Assembly: GCA_016235545.1 (NCBI GenBank)
Contig: JACRKB010000015.1
Coordinates: forward strand, 840-64,839
Origin: Verrucomicrobiota bacterium
GTDB taxonomy: Bacteria; Verrucomicrobiota; Verrucomicrobiia; Limisphaerales; SXTU01
Direction: 5' to 3'
DNA length: 64,000 nt
Position 1 is the first letter of the stretch. Every line of letters starts with the position of its first letter. The translations under genes were made by a program, and so were the position numbers. The notes under the pieces are model-generated. The model made no database searches. It was not told the DNA's origin and saw nothing but the letters and a program-made list of their open reading frames with translations. This document shows positions 1 to 9,238 of the stretch, one piece after another.

Positions 1-109
1 TGGCTGTGGAACCCCTCCGCGCACCTGCGGATTCAACCACTGGACACCGTGAACAGCCCTTTGAGTTCTCTGCGCCCTGTCGTGGCTGAACTTCGGAATT
101 CGGCCCGGC

Positions 110-1057
110 TCAGTTCAGGCCGCCGAGTTCCTGCGCGCCTTTGCCGCCATTGATGAGGTAGAGCACGGCCATGCGGACGGCGAGGCCGTTGGTGACTTGC
201 TCCAGAATCACCGAGCGTCCGCAGTCGGCAAGCTCGCTGGCGATCTCCACGCCGCGGTTGATGGGGCCGGGGTGCATGATGAGCGCGTCGGGCCGGGTTT
301 TCGCGAAGCGCGCGTGGGTCAGGCCGAAGAGGGCGGCGTATTCGCCGATGCTGGGGAACATGGTCTTGCGCTGCCGCTCGTGCTGGATGCGCAGGAGGTT
401 GATGACATCGGCGTCCTTGATGGCCTCGTCCATGTGGTGTGTGACGCGGCAGCCCATCTGCTCGAAGACGCGCGGGACCAGGGTGCTGGGGCCGCAGAGC
501 GTGACGTTGGCGCCGAGCTTGAGCAGGGCCCAGATGTTCGAGCGCGCCACGCGGCTGTAAAGGATGTCGCCCAGGATGGTGACGTTGAGGCCGGCGATTT
601 TGCCCCGGTGCTCCCGGATGGTGAAGGTGTCGAGGAGCGCCTGCGTGGGGTGCTCGTGCGCGCCGTCGCCGGCGTTGATGACGCTGCCCTTGAGGAAGCG
701 GGAGAGGAAGTGCGGCGCGCCGGTGGCGCTGTGGCGGATGATGATGATGTCGGCGTTGAGGGCTTCGAGGTTGCGCGCGGTGTCCTTGAGCGTCTCGCCC
801 TTCTTCAACGAGCTGGACTCGACGGAGAAATTGATCACGTCGGCGCTGAGGCGGACTGCGGCCAGCTCGAAGCTGATGCGAGTGCGGGTGCTCGGCTCGA
901 CGAAGAGGTTGACGACGGTCTTGCCGCGCAGGGCCGGGACCTTCTTGATGGCGCGCTCGCCGACGGCCTTGAACTGCCGGGCGGTGTCGAGGACGGCGGT
1001 GATCTCGTCGGCGGAAAGGGACTCGATGTCGAGGAGGTGTTTGCGGTTCCAGGTCAT
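110..1057 (-). CDS. pyrB: aspartate carbamoyltransferase catalytic subunit
   Basis: ORF 110..1114 trimmed to internal ATG at 1057 ([14 protein letters not shown]). ATCase motifs [31 protein letters not shown]. Confidence 0.9.
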   Translation of the reverse strand: MTWNRKHLLDIESLSADEITAVLDTARQFKAVGERAIKKVPALRGKTVVNLFVEPSTRTRISFELAAVRLSADVINFSVESSSLKKGETLKDTARNLEALNADIIIIRHSATGAPHFLSRFLKGSVINAGDGAHEHPTQALLDTFTIREHRGKIAGLNVTILGDILYSRVARSNIWALLKLGANVTLCGPSTLVPRVFEQMGCRVTHHMDEAIKDADVINLLRIQHERQRKTMFPSIGEYAALFGLTHARFAKTRPDALIMHPGPINRGVEIASELADCGRSVILEQVTNGLAVRMAVLYLINGGKGAQELGGLN

Positions 1058-1117
1058 GCGCGGCTCACGGCTGGGGGGATGGAGTAATGGAGTTGGGGCA
1101 GATTGGAAAGCCATTAT

Positions 1118-1300
1118 GCCAATTCGGAATGAAATCCGATGGGATTACAGTGGGTGGCGCAGCGTGCGCTGGCTCACTCTCCCCTCCTCCGAGGAAGGGA
1201 GAGGACGCGCGTCGTGGCGCCCTGTTCGCATTCCACCTGCTGGCATTGGGATTTGGCACGAGAGGGTGCAGCTTGACACAGCCCGTGAACACGTCCGACC
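1118..1300 (-). repeat. interspersed repeat, family A, single unit
   Basis: 1170-1258 (reverse orientation) aligns at roughly 75% identity with 17150-17238. Shared CCCCTCCTCCGAGGAAGG core and shared TCATTCCGAA end motif (1123-1135 vs 17347-17360). Lies directly 5' of pyrB. Confidence 0.7.
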
Positions 1301-1439
1301 CGGAGCGCGGTCGTCACGAGCGCTGCCGCTCGTAGCCTGCGGGATGTGAACCCGCACCCCCTCTTGCTTATCACCTGCTGCGGCCTGGAAGGCCGCGCAC
1401 CGGGCGCAGTGCGGTAGCGCCCGCCCTCAATCCCATCGT

Positions 1440-2780
1440 TCACTTTCCGTCCGCCTTCAGCGTCACGCCCATCGCGCGCTCCAGCCGGGCGCGGGCGACG
1501 GAGTAGGCGTGCAGCGCCTCGATCTGCGTGCTGCGTGCGATGGTGAGCGCGGTCTGTGCGTTGAGCACGTCGAGCTGCGTGCCCGTGCCGGCCTCGGTGC
1601 GCGCGTTGGCTAGGCGCAGGGCTTCCTCGGCCTGCTCCTGCACTTTCTTTTGCGATTCCAAAACCTCCTTCGCCTCGATGAAGTGCGAGTGGGCGATGCG
1701 CACGTCCAGCTCGATGCGGCGGGCGATGTCGTCCAGCTCCTCCTGCGACTTGCGATGGAGCGCGGTGGCCTCGGCTACTTTGCCCTTCACGAGCCAGCCG
1801 TCGAAGATGTTCCAGCTCGCCTGCCAGCCCACGTCCCATCCGGAGACGTCCTTGGTCAGATGCTGGGTGAAGCGGGAGCTGTGCGAGCCGACGCCGGCAA
1901 AGACCTGCGCGCTGGGCTTGCGGGCGGCCTCGGCGGTGACGATGGCTTCCTTGCGCAGACGCTCGGCCTTGCGGAGCGCGGCGAGTTCGGTGCGCTGTTC
2001 CAAGGCCTTTGCGAGAGCGACGGGGAGTTGGATTTCGGAGTGGTCGGCCTCGAGTTTGCCGCTGAGCTGGAGCGGGATGTCGTCCACGATGGAGCGGGGC
2101 ACGTCGTAGCCCAGGAGGTTGGCGAGGTTGTTCTTCGCGATGCGCAGGGCATTGCGGGCGCGGATGAGGCGCGGGCGGGAGTTGGCCAGCTCGACCTCGG
2201 CGCGCAGCACGTTGAAGCGCGGGACGGTGCCGGCCTCGAAGCGGCGCTGGTTGTCCTGCAGTTCCTTCTTCAGCAGTTCCAGCGAGGCGTCCTGCACGAG
2301 GATTTGCTGCGCGGCCAGAAGCGCGTCGTCGTAGTTGACGCGCACAGCCAGCACGGTGTCGGCGATGACGGTCTGGTGCTGAAGCACGGCCTGGTCGCGC
2401 GTGAGGTCTGCTGTGCGCCTCGCGGAATCAATCCTGCCGCCCTCGTAGATGGACTGGGTGACTTGGATGCGGACGTTCCAAGACTGGTCGGGCGTGCGGA
2501 TGCCGCCGGCGAAGGGGAACTGCTCAATCGCGCCCTGGTCGGTGAGCGTGTGGTTGATGGTGCCGGTGACGCGCGGGAGCTGGATGGCGCGTGTCTGCAC
2601 GACGATGCCGTAGCTGGCTTCGAGGTCGGCCTGGCTTTTGCGCACGGCGCTGTTCTGGCGCAGCGCCACCTCGACGGCGCCGTGAAGCGAGAGCGGCGTG
2701 GTGGGCCAGGCAACGGTGTTGGTGGTGGCCGCAAGCAAGCCGGCGGGGAGGAGTGCGATGAGAAGGAGCAGTTTTTTCAT
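1440..2780 (-). CDS. TolC-family outer membrane efflux protein
   Basis: ORF 1440..2933 trimmed to ATG 2780 (MKKLLLLIALLPAGLLAA signal peptide). Two-repeat coiled-coil/OEP-like sequence. Last gene of the efflux operon. Confidence 0.85.
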   Translation of the reverse strand: MKKLLLLIALLPAGLLAATTNTVAWPTTPLSLHGAVEVALRQNSAVRKSQADLEASYGIVVQTRAIQLPRVTGTINHTLTDQGAIEQFPFAGGIRTPDQSWNVRIQVTQSIYEGGRIDSARRTADLTRDQAVLQHQTVIADTVLAVRVNYDDALLAAQQILVQDASLELLKKELQDNQRRFEAGTVPRFNVLRAEVELANSRPRLIRARNALRIAKNNLANLLGYDVPRSIVDDIPLQLSGKLEADHSEIQLPVALAKALEQRTELAALRKAERLRKEAIVTAEAARKPSAQVFAGVGSHSSRFTQHLTKDVSGWDVGWQASWNIFDGWLVKGKVAEATALHRKSQEELDDIARRIELDVRIAHSHFIEAKEVLESQKKVQEQAEEALRLANARTEAGTGTQLDVLNAQTALTIARSTQIEALHAYSVARARLERAMGVTLKADGK

Positions 2781-2936
2781 GGGAAAATGGAGGAAGGAGT
2801 CGCGCGAAGGCCGCGATGGTGGCGAAGGCAGGAATCCTTTCGCTCCCTCTGCGGGCTTCGCGCGGTCCATTGTTGCGGAGATGGTGGCGTTCACGTCGGT
2901 TGAGAGTGAGCCTGCTGGAGGCGGCTCCTTCAAGTT

Positions 2937-3911
2937 TCATTGCTTCGCGGGTGGGGTGGCTGGGTTTCCTGCGACCGTCGTCGGCGTGCGCTCGATGAAG
3001 ACATCCACCTGCTGGCCGACGTAAAGGGGGACGGCGGGGCGGTCGAGCTCGAAGATGATTTGGAGGACGCGTGTGTCCACACGCTCTGCGCTGTCGCCGG
3101 TGAGGGAGCGCTTGGGGATGACGAAGGGTTCGATGCGAACGAAGCGCAGGGGCAGCGCGCGCTGGGTGTCGCCCTTCAAATAGGCGACGGCGGGGCGGTT
3201 GGCCTCGACCAGCGGGGCGTTTTGCTCGTCCACCTCGGCGCGCACCTGGAGCTTCTCGACCTCGCCGAGGAACATCAGCGGCTCCTGCGGCGTGGTGCCC
3301 GCGAATTCACCGGCGCGGACGTTGACCTGAAGAATCGTGCCGTCACGCGGTGCGCGGACAGTGAGCACGTCCAGCTCGGTCAGCACCTGCTGCAACTGCG
3401 CGTCCATCGCCGCGATGTCCGCCTCGCTCCTGGCGATGCGCGCGTCCCAGTTCTGCGTGGCGAACTCGCGGCGCCTGCGCTCATCCACGGAGATGACGTT
3501 TTCCTTGGCGAGCTTCTCGGCCCGGGCGAGCTGGTCGGCAGCGTCGGCCTGCATCACGCGGTCGGCTTTGAGTCCGGCGCGCAAGGCTGCGAGCTGGGCG
3601 CGCAAAGTGTTGAGCCGCGCGCGGGCCTCCCGGTCGTCGAGCTGGAGGACGGGGTCGCCGGCCTTCACCTTGGAGCCGACTTGGACGGCGACCTTTTGGA
3701 TGAGCGCGGGCTTGGGCGCGGCAATCTTCACGTTCTCGCGGGCCGCCTCGATGATGCCTGTGGCGGCCACCGACGCGGCGAAGGGCGAGCGCGCCGGCTC
3801 AACCGCGGGCGGCGGCGCAGGCGGCTTCTGCTGCATCTGCCGCACGAGCAGGCCCACGCCGACGAACCCGGCGATGGCGATGTAGAAGGTGACTTGGCGG
3901 AAGAGCAACAT
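2937..3911 (-). CDS. HlyD/DevB-type periplasmic adaptor (membrane fusion protein)
   Basis: ORF trimmed to ATG 3911 (MLLFRQVTFYIAIAGFVGVGLLV, N-terminal TM). Lipoyl-like VQVGSKVKAGDPVLQLD, coiled-coil hairpin, beta-barrel tail. Adjacent to the ABC ATPase and permease. Confidence 0.85.
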   Translation of the reverse strand: MLLFRQVTFYIAIAGFVGVGLLVRQMQQKPPAPPPAVEPARSPFAASVAATGIIEAARENVKIAAPKPALIQKVAVQVGSKVKAGDPVLQLDDREARARLNTLRAQLAALRAGLKADRVMQADAADQLARAEKLAKENVISVDERRRREFATQNWDARIARSEADIAAMDAQLQQVLTELDVLTVRAPRDGTILQVNVRAGEFAGTTPQEPLMFLGEVEKLQVRAEVDEQNAPLVEANRPAVAYLKGDTQRALPLRFVRIEPFVIPKRSLTGDSAERVDTRVLQIIFELDRPAVPLYVGQQVDVFIERTPTTVAGNPATPPAKQ

Positions 3912-3936
3912 GGCTAGGCAGGGGAGATTTTTTTCA

Positions 3937-4050
3937 ACGCAAGGGCGCAAGGGCGCAGAGACGCAGAGGGGAACGGGGACGAGCAGGGAGCGAACACGGC
4001 ACCCAGTTTTGGCTCAACCGCCGCGTCTTTGCGCCTTTGCGTCTTTGCGA
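3937..4050. repeat. low-complexity inverted repeat (GCGCAARG-unit arms) in operon spacer
   Basis: Left arm ACGCAAGGGCGCAAGGGCGCAGAGACGCAGAG (3937-3968). Imperfectly complementary right arm CCGCGTCTTTGCGCCTTTGCGTCTTTGCGA (4021-4050). Fills the spacer between the ATPase stop and the adaptor start. Confidence 0.7.
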
Positions 4051-4062
4051 TGAAACGGTTTT

Positions 4063-4797
4063 TCATTCGCTCAAATCGTGGTTGCCACCCTGGCCGTGCA
4101 CGCGCTGCACGCGGCCATCCTCCATCTCGGTCAGGCGGTCGGCGTATTTGAAGATGCGGTTGTCGTGCGTGACGACGATGACGCTGCGGTCGGGGTGGCG
4201 CGCAACGTCCCGGAGCAACTCCATGATGTGGCCGCCGGTGTCCTTGTCCAGGGCGCTGGTCGGCTCGTCGCAGATGACAAGGCGTGGCTCGTGCACGAGG
4301 GCGCGCGCGATGGCCACGCGTTGCTGCTGGCCGCCGGAGAGATTTGTGGGCCGCTCGCGGCCGCGGCCCGGCAGGCCCAGCTGTTTGAGCAGCGTCTCGG
4401 CCTTCTGCTCGGCTTCGCGGCGGGACGCGCCGTTGATGAGCAGCGGCACGCTGACGTTCTCGATGCACGAGAGGGTGGGGATGAGATTGAACTGCTGGAA
4501 GATGAAGCCGACGTTGCGCTTGCGAAACTCGGTGATGGCACGGGGCTTCATCTGGTGCAGCGGCGAGCCGAAGACATCTATCTCGCCCCCATCGAAGTTC
4601 AGCGTGCCGGCGATGACGGAGAGCAGCGTCGTCTTCCCGCAGCCGCTCGGGCCGACGATCATCAGCAGCTCGCCCTGCCGCGCGTTGAAGTCCACACCCT
4701 TGAGCGCGGGCACTGCAGCCTCGCCAGTGCCGAAGGTCTTCGTCACGGCGCGGACGTGGACTGCGAGCGGGGATGCTGATGTGGCGGAGACGGGCAT
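4063..4797 (-). CDS. ABC transporter ATP-binding protein (DevA/MacB-NBD type)
   Basis: Walker A GPSGCGKTT, signature LSGGQQQRVAIARA, Walker B LVICDEPTSALD. Start set to ATG 4797 because upstream codons fall inside a repeat element. Confidence 0.9.
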   Translation of the reverse strand: MPVSATSASPLAVHVRAVTKTFGTGEAAVPALKGVDFNARQGELLMIVGPSGCGKTTLLSVIAGTLNFDGGEIDVFGSPLHQMKPRAITEFRKRNVGFIFQQFNLIPTLSCIENVSVPLLINGASRREAEQKAETLLKQLGLPGRGRERPTNLSGGQQQRVAIARALVHEPRLVICDEPTSALDKDTGGHIMELLRDVARHPDRSVIVVTHDNRIFKYADRLTEMEDGRVQRVHGQGGNHDLSE

Positions 4798-4841
4798 GGT
4801 CACGAAGCTCCAAATCCCAAGCTCCAAGTGCTGGCGCTGTC

Positions 4842-5015
4842 AGGCTGAAGGCCTGGAACAAACCAGCCCAGGGCAACGCCCTGGGGCCAAGGCCTAGGGA
4901 AACGTCCCGCCCTGAAGGGGCGGAACAAATTGTGTCGCCCTTTCAGGGCTTTGCCCTTGCGTGACCGTGTTCCCGGGGCGTTGCCCCGGGCTGGTTTATG
5001 ATGCTCCTTCAGAGC
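4842..5015. repeat. composite palindromic repeat, family B
   Basis: Outer arms AACCAGCCCAGGGCAACGCCCTGG (4861-4884) and CCGGGGCGTTGCCCCGGGCTGGTT (4973-4996). Inner hairpin CCCTGAAGGGGCGG...CGCCCTTTCAGGG. Related in layout to 59998-60164. Sits between the permease stop and ATPase start. Confidence 0.75.
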
Positions 5016-5040
5016 GCAGGCATGGGCGTTCCAGTTCATA

Positions 5041-6180
5041 TCACCCTCGGAACACAACTGCCGGCTCCACCTTCCACACCTTGCGGATGCCCAGCAGCGC
5101 GCTGAAACAGCAGATGCCCATCACGATGGCGAAGGTCGCCGCCGGGAGCTGCCACGGGAGCATGAAGGGCGGCTCGCCGCGCCCAAGCACGGCGTGTCCG
5201 AAGGCCGTCACCAGCAGCACGCCGATGCCGTAGCCGATGAAGCCGACGGTCAGCGATTGCACGAGGAGCATCCGCGCCAGCAGGGCGTTGCTCGCGCCCA
5301 TGGCCTTGAGCGCGCCGAGGTGGCGGAGGTTTTCGTGGACGAACGCGTAGAAGGTCTGGCCCGAGATAGTCGTGCCCACGATGAAGCCCAGCACGATGAT
5401 GGAGATGAAAGCGACAGGGATTCCGGTGTTGCGAAAATACCACCAGATGGTGGACCAGAAGAGTTCGTCCTCCGTGTAAGCTTTCATGCCCGTCTCGATT
5501 TCGATTTGCTTCGCCGCGCGCTCGGGCGTCCAGCCCGGGGCAGGCTCGGCAAGCACGAGGGAAAGCATCTTGCGCTGCTTGGGCGCGAACTGGAGCGCCT
5601 GCGTGTAGGTCGAGTAGGCGTAGGGGTAGCCGAAGAAATGCCGGTCTGCGCGGCAGATACCCACGATGCGCGCCTCCTTGTCGTTCAGCTCGAAGGTGTC
5701 ACCCAGGCCCAGCGGCTTCGCGCGTCCGACGCTGAGACGTTGAACGCCGAGGTCGTCGAGGATGATGGAGTTGGGCAGGCGCACGTCCTCGAGCCTGCCT
5801 TGCAGCATGACGGGCGGGCGGCCCACGAGTGTGGTGTTGTCAAGGCCGACGAGCATGATGGGCTTGAAGTTCCCGTCGGCGAGTTTGGCGGACTGGATGG
5901 TGACGTAGATCGGCATGGCCCACGCAACGCCTGTGACGGAGCGGACGCGGTTCACGTCCGTGTCGCGAAGCGCCTTGAGCTCGTTGGCTTGCTGGACGTT
6001 CCGGTCCACGATCCAGAGCTTTGCCCTCATGTTGCTCAGGTGGCTGGTGGTCCACTTGAGGATGCCGAAGAACACCGCGCTCTGCTGGGTCATCAGCATC
6101 GTGGCGAAGGTCAGCCCGCCGACCAGCATCACGTATTTGGCGCGGTCGCCGAGCAGCATCTTGAGTGCGAGGTGATACAA
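5041..6180 (-). CDS. ABC exporter permease, FtsX/MacB/DevC type
   Basis: 379 aa: N-terminal TM, large periplasmic loop, three C-terminal TM helices (FtsX-like). TTG start at 6180; alternative ATG at 6159. Confidence 0.85.
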   Translation of the reverse strand: MYHLALKMLLGDRAKYVMLVGGLTFATMLMTQQSAVFFGILKWTTSHLSNMRAKLWIVDRNVQQANELKALRDTDVNRVRSVTGVAWAMPIYVTIQSAKLADGNFKPIMLVGLDNTTLVGRPPVMLQGRLEDVRLPNSIILDDLGVQRLSVGRAKPLGLGDTFELNDKEARIVGICRADRHFFGYPYAYSTYTQALQFAPKQRKMLSLVLAEPAPGWTPERAAKQIEIETGMKAYTEDELFWSTIWWYFRNTGIPVAFISIIVLGFIVGTTISGQTFYAFVHENLRHLGALKAMGASNALLARMLLVQSLTVGFIGYGIGVLLVTAFGHAVLGRGEPPFMLPWQLPAATFAIVMGICCFSALLGIRKVWKVEPAVVFRG

Positions 6181-6189
6181 ATCGGGGAA

Positions 6190-6205
6190 GTGATTAGTGA
6201 TTAGT
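6190..6205. repeat. single arm of heptamer repeat (GTGATTAGTGATTAGT)
   Basis: 16-mer identical to the reverse strand of the right arm of the hairpin at 40563-40654. Overlaps the regulator stop codon, 10 nt from the permease start. Confidence 0.6.
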
Positions 6206-6956
6206 CGTGGCGCAAACGGCGCGGCCTGGTGGGCAGCCGCCGAGGAGAGAGGGCGGATTGCTTGGGCCCAAGCGGCTTTTCCGCCTCCCGGTCCTTGCTG
6301 CTGCGCGGGCGCGCGGCGGCCCGGACGGCGGCGAGGGAGAATTCTGTGATGTGCGCCGCCAGTTGCTCAATGTCCTCGGCGTCGTATTTCTGGTCGGGGA
6401 AGAGCCGGCAAAGCACGGGCTGGCAGTGATGATAGAAAAGGCACTGGCTCACCACGCTGAAGGAGCAGAGCCGCACCAGTTCCGGGTCCGGCTGGCCGCC
6501 AACCAGTTCGGCCACGATGCCAGCAAGGTGCTGCGCCTGTGGGCGGATGCGCTCGACGATAATGGCATCCAGCGCACTCGTGGGATCTATCATCTCGCGG
6601 GAGATGAGCTTGCCGTGCCACGCGTCGCTGCTGTGGTCGAAGATGCGCAGCAGATAGGCGCGCACGAAGGCGCGCAGGCGCTCCGGCGCGCTGGCGCCGG
6701 GCTTGAGCCCAAGGTCGAGCGGGAACTTCTGGTGTGCACGGGTCTGGTAGTAGGCGAGCACGTCCCGGTAGAGCGCCTCCTTGTCGCCGAAATGATAGTG
6801 GACGGCCGCGATGTTCGCGCCGGCGCGGCGGCAGATTTCGCGCACAGTGGCATTGTGGAAGCCGATCTCGGCGAAGACCGCACCGCCCGCCTCGATGAGC
6901 GCCTGGCGGGTCTGGGCGGCGGAGGTGTCGTTCTTGAGTTGGGCGGCGGCGACCAT
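6201..6956 (-). CDS. TetR/AcrR family transcriptional regulator
   Basis: ORF trimmed to ATG 6956. HTH region GFHNATVREICRRAGANIAAVHYHFGDKEALY. First gene of the efflux operon. Confidence 0.85.
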   Translation of the reverse strand: MVAAAQLKNDTSAAQTRQALIEAGGAVFAEIGFHNATVREICRRAGANIAAVHYHFGDKEALYRDVLAYYQTRAHQKFPLDLGLKPGASAPERLRAFVRAYLLRIFDHSSDAWHGKLISREMIDPTSALDAIIVERIRPQAQHLAGIVAELVGGQPDPELVRLCSFSVVSQCLFYHHCQPVLCRLFPDQKYDAEDIEQLAAHITEFSLAAVRAAARPRSSKDREAEKPLGPKQSALSPRRLPTRPRRLRHD

Positions 6957-6969
6957 TTCAAACGGAGAT

Positions 6970-6987
6970 TTCAAACAGGCGTTTGAA
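6970..6987. promoter_or_regulatory. candidate TetR operator palindrome
   Basis: TTCAAAC-aggc-GTTTGAA, perfect 7+7 inverted repeat 14 nt upstream of the TetR start, in the divergent spacer. Confidence 0.35.
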
Positions 6988-7203
6988 TTGGCAAGCCTGA
7001 ATTCGTGCCGACAGCTCGCAGCCGCCGTGTTGAGAGCTGATGGAGCGGGGTCCATTGGGACAGCCACCCGCGACGGACGGCGACTGCAAGTCGCCGGCAC
7101 TCCCTGAATTCGGCTGGGGTTTTTGGTTGAGGCGTCGGGATGGACACGTTATCAATCCGCATCGCCCGGGCCGTGGCCGGGCGTAACTCGAACCAAGCCG
7201 ACT

Positions 7204-7476
7204 ATGAAAGAACTCCTGAACAGGTTCGCGCTCGACAGCGTGAAGATCAGCAGCCAGACGCTCAGCATCGCGGCGTTCCTTTGGTGCATCACTGTGGGCT
7301 GCGCGATCTGGAGCATCAACGTCCAGCCCTTCAACAAGAAGGAACGGACGTTCTGGACGGCGATGGTGGTGTTTTTTCCGCTGGCTGGCCTGCTGTTTTA
7401 TCTGCCCTTCGCCTGGCGCAATGCCGCGACTGGTTCGCTGTCCTTCTGGCGCAAGCCCCGGCGGGGACAGCAGTAG
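7204..7476 (+). CDS. small membrane protein, PLDc_N-like
   Basis: ATG 7204 (MKELLNRF). Two TM helices, motif WTAMVVFFPLAGLLFYLPF typical of the PLD-nuclease N-terminal membrane domain. Confidence 0.6.
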   Translation: MKELLNRFALDSVKISSQTLSIAAFLWCITVGCAIWSINVQPFNKKERTFWTAMVVFFPLAGLLFYLPFAWRNAATGSLSFWRKPRRGQQ

Positions 7477-7495
7477 GTCCGTCTTTCCCTTTCTC

Positions 7496-9151
7496 ATGCG
7501 CTCCATCCCGCGCCGATGGAAAGCCCTGCTGGGCGGCGCGCTTGCGTGCGCTTGCGTGGACAGTGTGCGCGGGCAGACTGCCGGGCCGAGCGCCGGACAG
7601 AGCGCCTACTCGGGCGGGGTCTCCATCCGGCCCGGCGGGACCGGGTTGAGCCGCACGGATCTGAACGCGTCTGCTGATGCGGATGTGGGCGGGGCTGGCA
7701 CGGTGGAATCCAGCATCATCCGGGATGCCACCGCCGCGCAGGAGACCTTCTTCCGGACATTTCAGAACGGCCTCATCCGCATCCCGAAGCTGGGCTATGG
7801 CCAGGGGCAGCTGAGCGTGGCCGCGCCGCTGGGAGCTTCGGCGGGTTTCTCCCCTTTCGCTTTTGGCACAAGGCCAGAGGAGGCCGAGCTGAAGTTTGGC
7901 AATTTCTACCTCGACATCATCTCGCTGGGCGGCTCGTTCCTGTGGACTGACAACAGCCTGCTCTCCGAGGCGGGCCAGCAGGCGGAGCCGACGGCCGTGG
8001 TGCGGCTGCAGTCGGCGCTGATCTATCAGATCAACCCGGCGATGCAGCTCACTGCTGCGGGCACCGCGGTGTGGCTGCCGCTCACGGGCGAGGTCAGCTT
8101 CTCAGACCCGGTGGCAGACTACACGGCCACATTCGCGCCGGTGTTCCAGACGCAGTTCAGCTATGACATCCCGCTGAACAAGGTGGATGTGCAGGTGCTC
8201 GAGAATTTCTCGGCGCAGAGCAGCGGCCTCGGCGAATCGGGCCGCGCGTTTGATGTGCTGGACCGGGCGCTGGCCGGACGCGATGCCAACACCTTCCGCG
8301 ACACGCAGGCGCAGGGGCCGACCGACCGCCGGTCCGCCACCGCGCTGGCCTATCGCAACACCATCGGCGTGAATGTCAGCTCGGTGCTGCCCACAGTCAC
8401 GCGGCTGACCTTCGGCTATTTGCACGAGAACATCTGGCAGTCCTCCGGGCAGGGGCAGGCGAGCAGCTCGGACAGCTTCACGGCGGACCTCCGGTCGGAG
8501 CGGGAGAACATGAGGTTCAAACCATTCTTCAACTACGGCGCACGCCATCAGAGCGACAACTTCGGCTACGATTCCACGCCGCGCGGCGGGATCGAGGGGC
8601 CTATCTCGCCCTACTTCGATCTGCGCGCCGAGATGGGTTACTTCCTCGCGGGGGACGAGGCTGGCGAGGGCTACACTTGGCTGGTGTCGCTGACTCACAG
8701 GCCCCGCGAGAGCATCCAGCAGCAGTTGGACTACGGCCGGTCGGTGACGTATCCGGACCGTTCGCTGGGGACTTTGGTTGGCTACACCGCGCGGTTGCAG
8801 GCCAGCCAGGACATACTCATCGAGGTGGCTGCGCAGGAGCTGGATGTCGAGCCGCTGGACAACCCGAACAATTCCTTCGGCGGAAAACAGTTTCGCACGG
8901 AGGGCCGCTTCAACTACCGGATCGGGAGGCGGGTCACGACGCAGTTCGGCCATGCGTGGACGCACGCGGTGGGCCGCGGGGCCACCCCGGTGCGGTTTGA
9001 CCAGCACACGTTGCGTTTCCAGATAATCACGGAGCACACGACGAAGCTGGAGTCCACGCTGATCCTCCAACATGAGAACCGCGACTCAAACCGCGCGTTG
9101 GACAGCTACGTGGAAAATGTCCTCTCACTCACGCTCACGCGGAGATTCTGA
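7496..9151 (+). CDS. putative outer-membrane beta-barrel protein (EPS-locus associated)
   Basis: ATG 7496 with signal-like N-terminus. Alternating beta-strand pattern. C-terminal LSLTLTRRF ends in an aromatic residue (OMP beta-signal). Confidence 0.6.
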   Translation: MRSIPRRWKALLGGALACACVDSVRGQTAGPSAGQSAYSGGVSIRPGGTGLSRTDLNASADADVGGAGTVESSIIRDATAAQETFFRTFQNGLIRIPKLGYGQGQLSVAAPLGASAGFSPFAFGTRPEEAELKFGNFYLDIISLGGSFLWTDNSLLSEAGQQAEPTAVVRLQSALIYQINPAMQLTAAGTAVWLPLTGEVSFSDPVADYTATFAPVFQTQFSYDIPLNKVDVQVLENFSAQSSGLGESGRAFDVLDRALAGRDANTFRDTQAQGPTDRRSATALAYRNTIGVNVSSVLPTVTRLTFGYLHENIWQSSGQGQASSSDSFTADLRSERENMRFKPFFNYGARHQSDNFGYDSTPRGGIEGPISPYFDLRAEMGYFLAGDEAGEGYTWLVSLTHRPRESIQQQLDYGRSVTYPDRSLGTLVGYTARLQASQDILIEVAAQELDVEPLDNPNNSFGGKQFRTEGRFNYRIGRRVTTQFGHAWTHAVGRGATPVRFDQHTLRFQIITEHTTKLESTLILQHENRDSNRALDSYVENVLSLTLTRRF

Positions 9152-9238
9152 CGCGCGCCCTCGGCCACTTGCCGAACCCAAGCCCACTATGAACAGCCAG
9201 ACATCGCCCGGCTTCGATTCACACGAAACACCCGAACC

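Noticed and set aside
1-109. Start of another minus-strand gene (for example a pyr operon gene) at the window edge
   Set aside because: I could not find a start codon or recognisable N-terminal motif in the ~100 nt available, so I left it unannotated.
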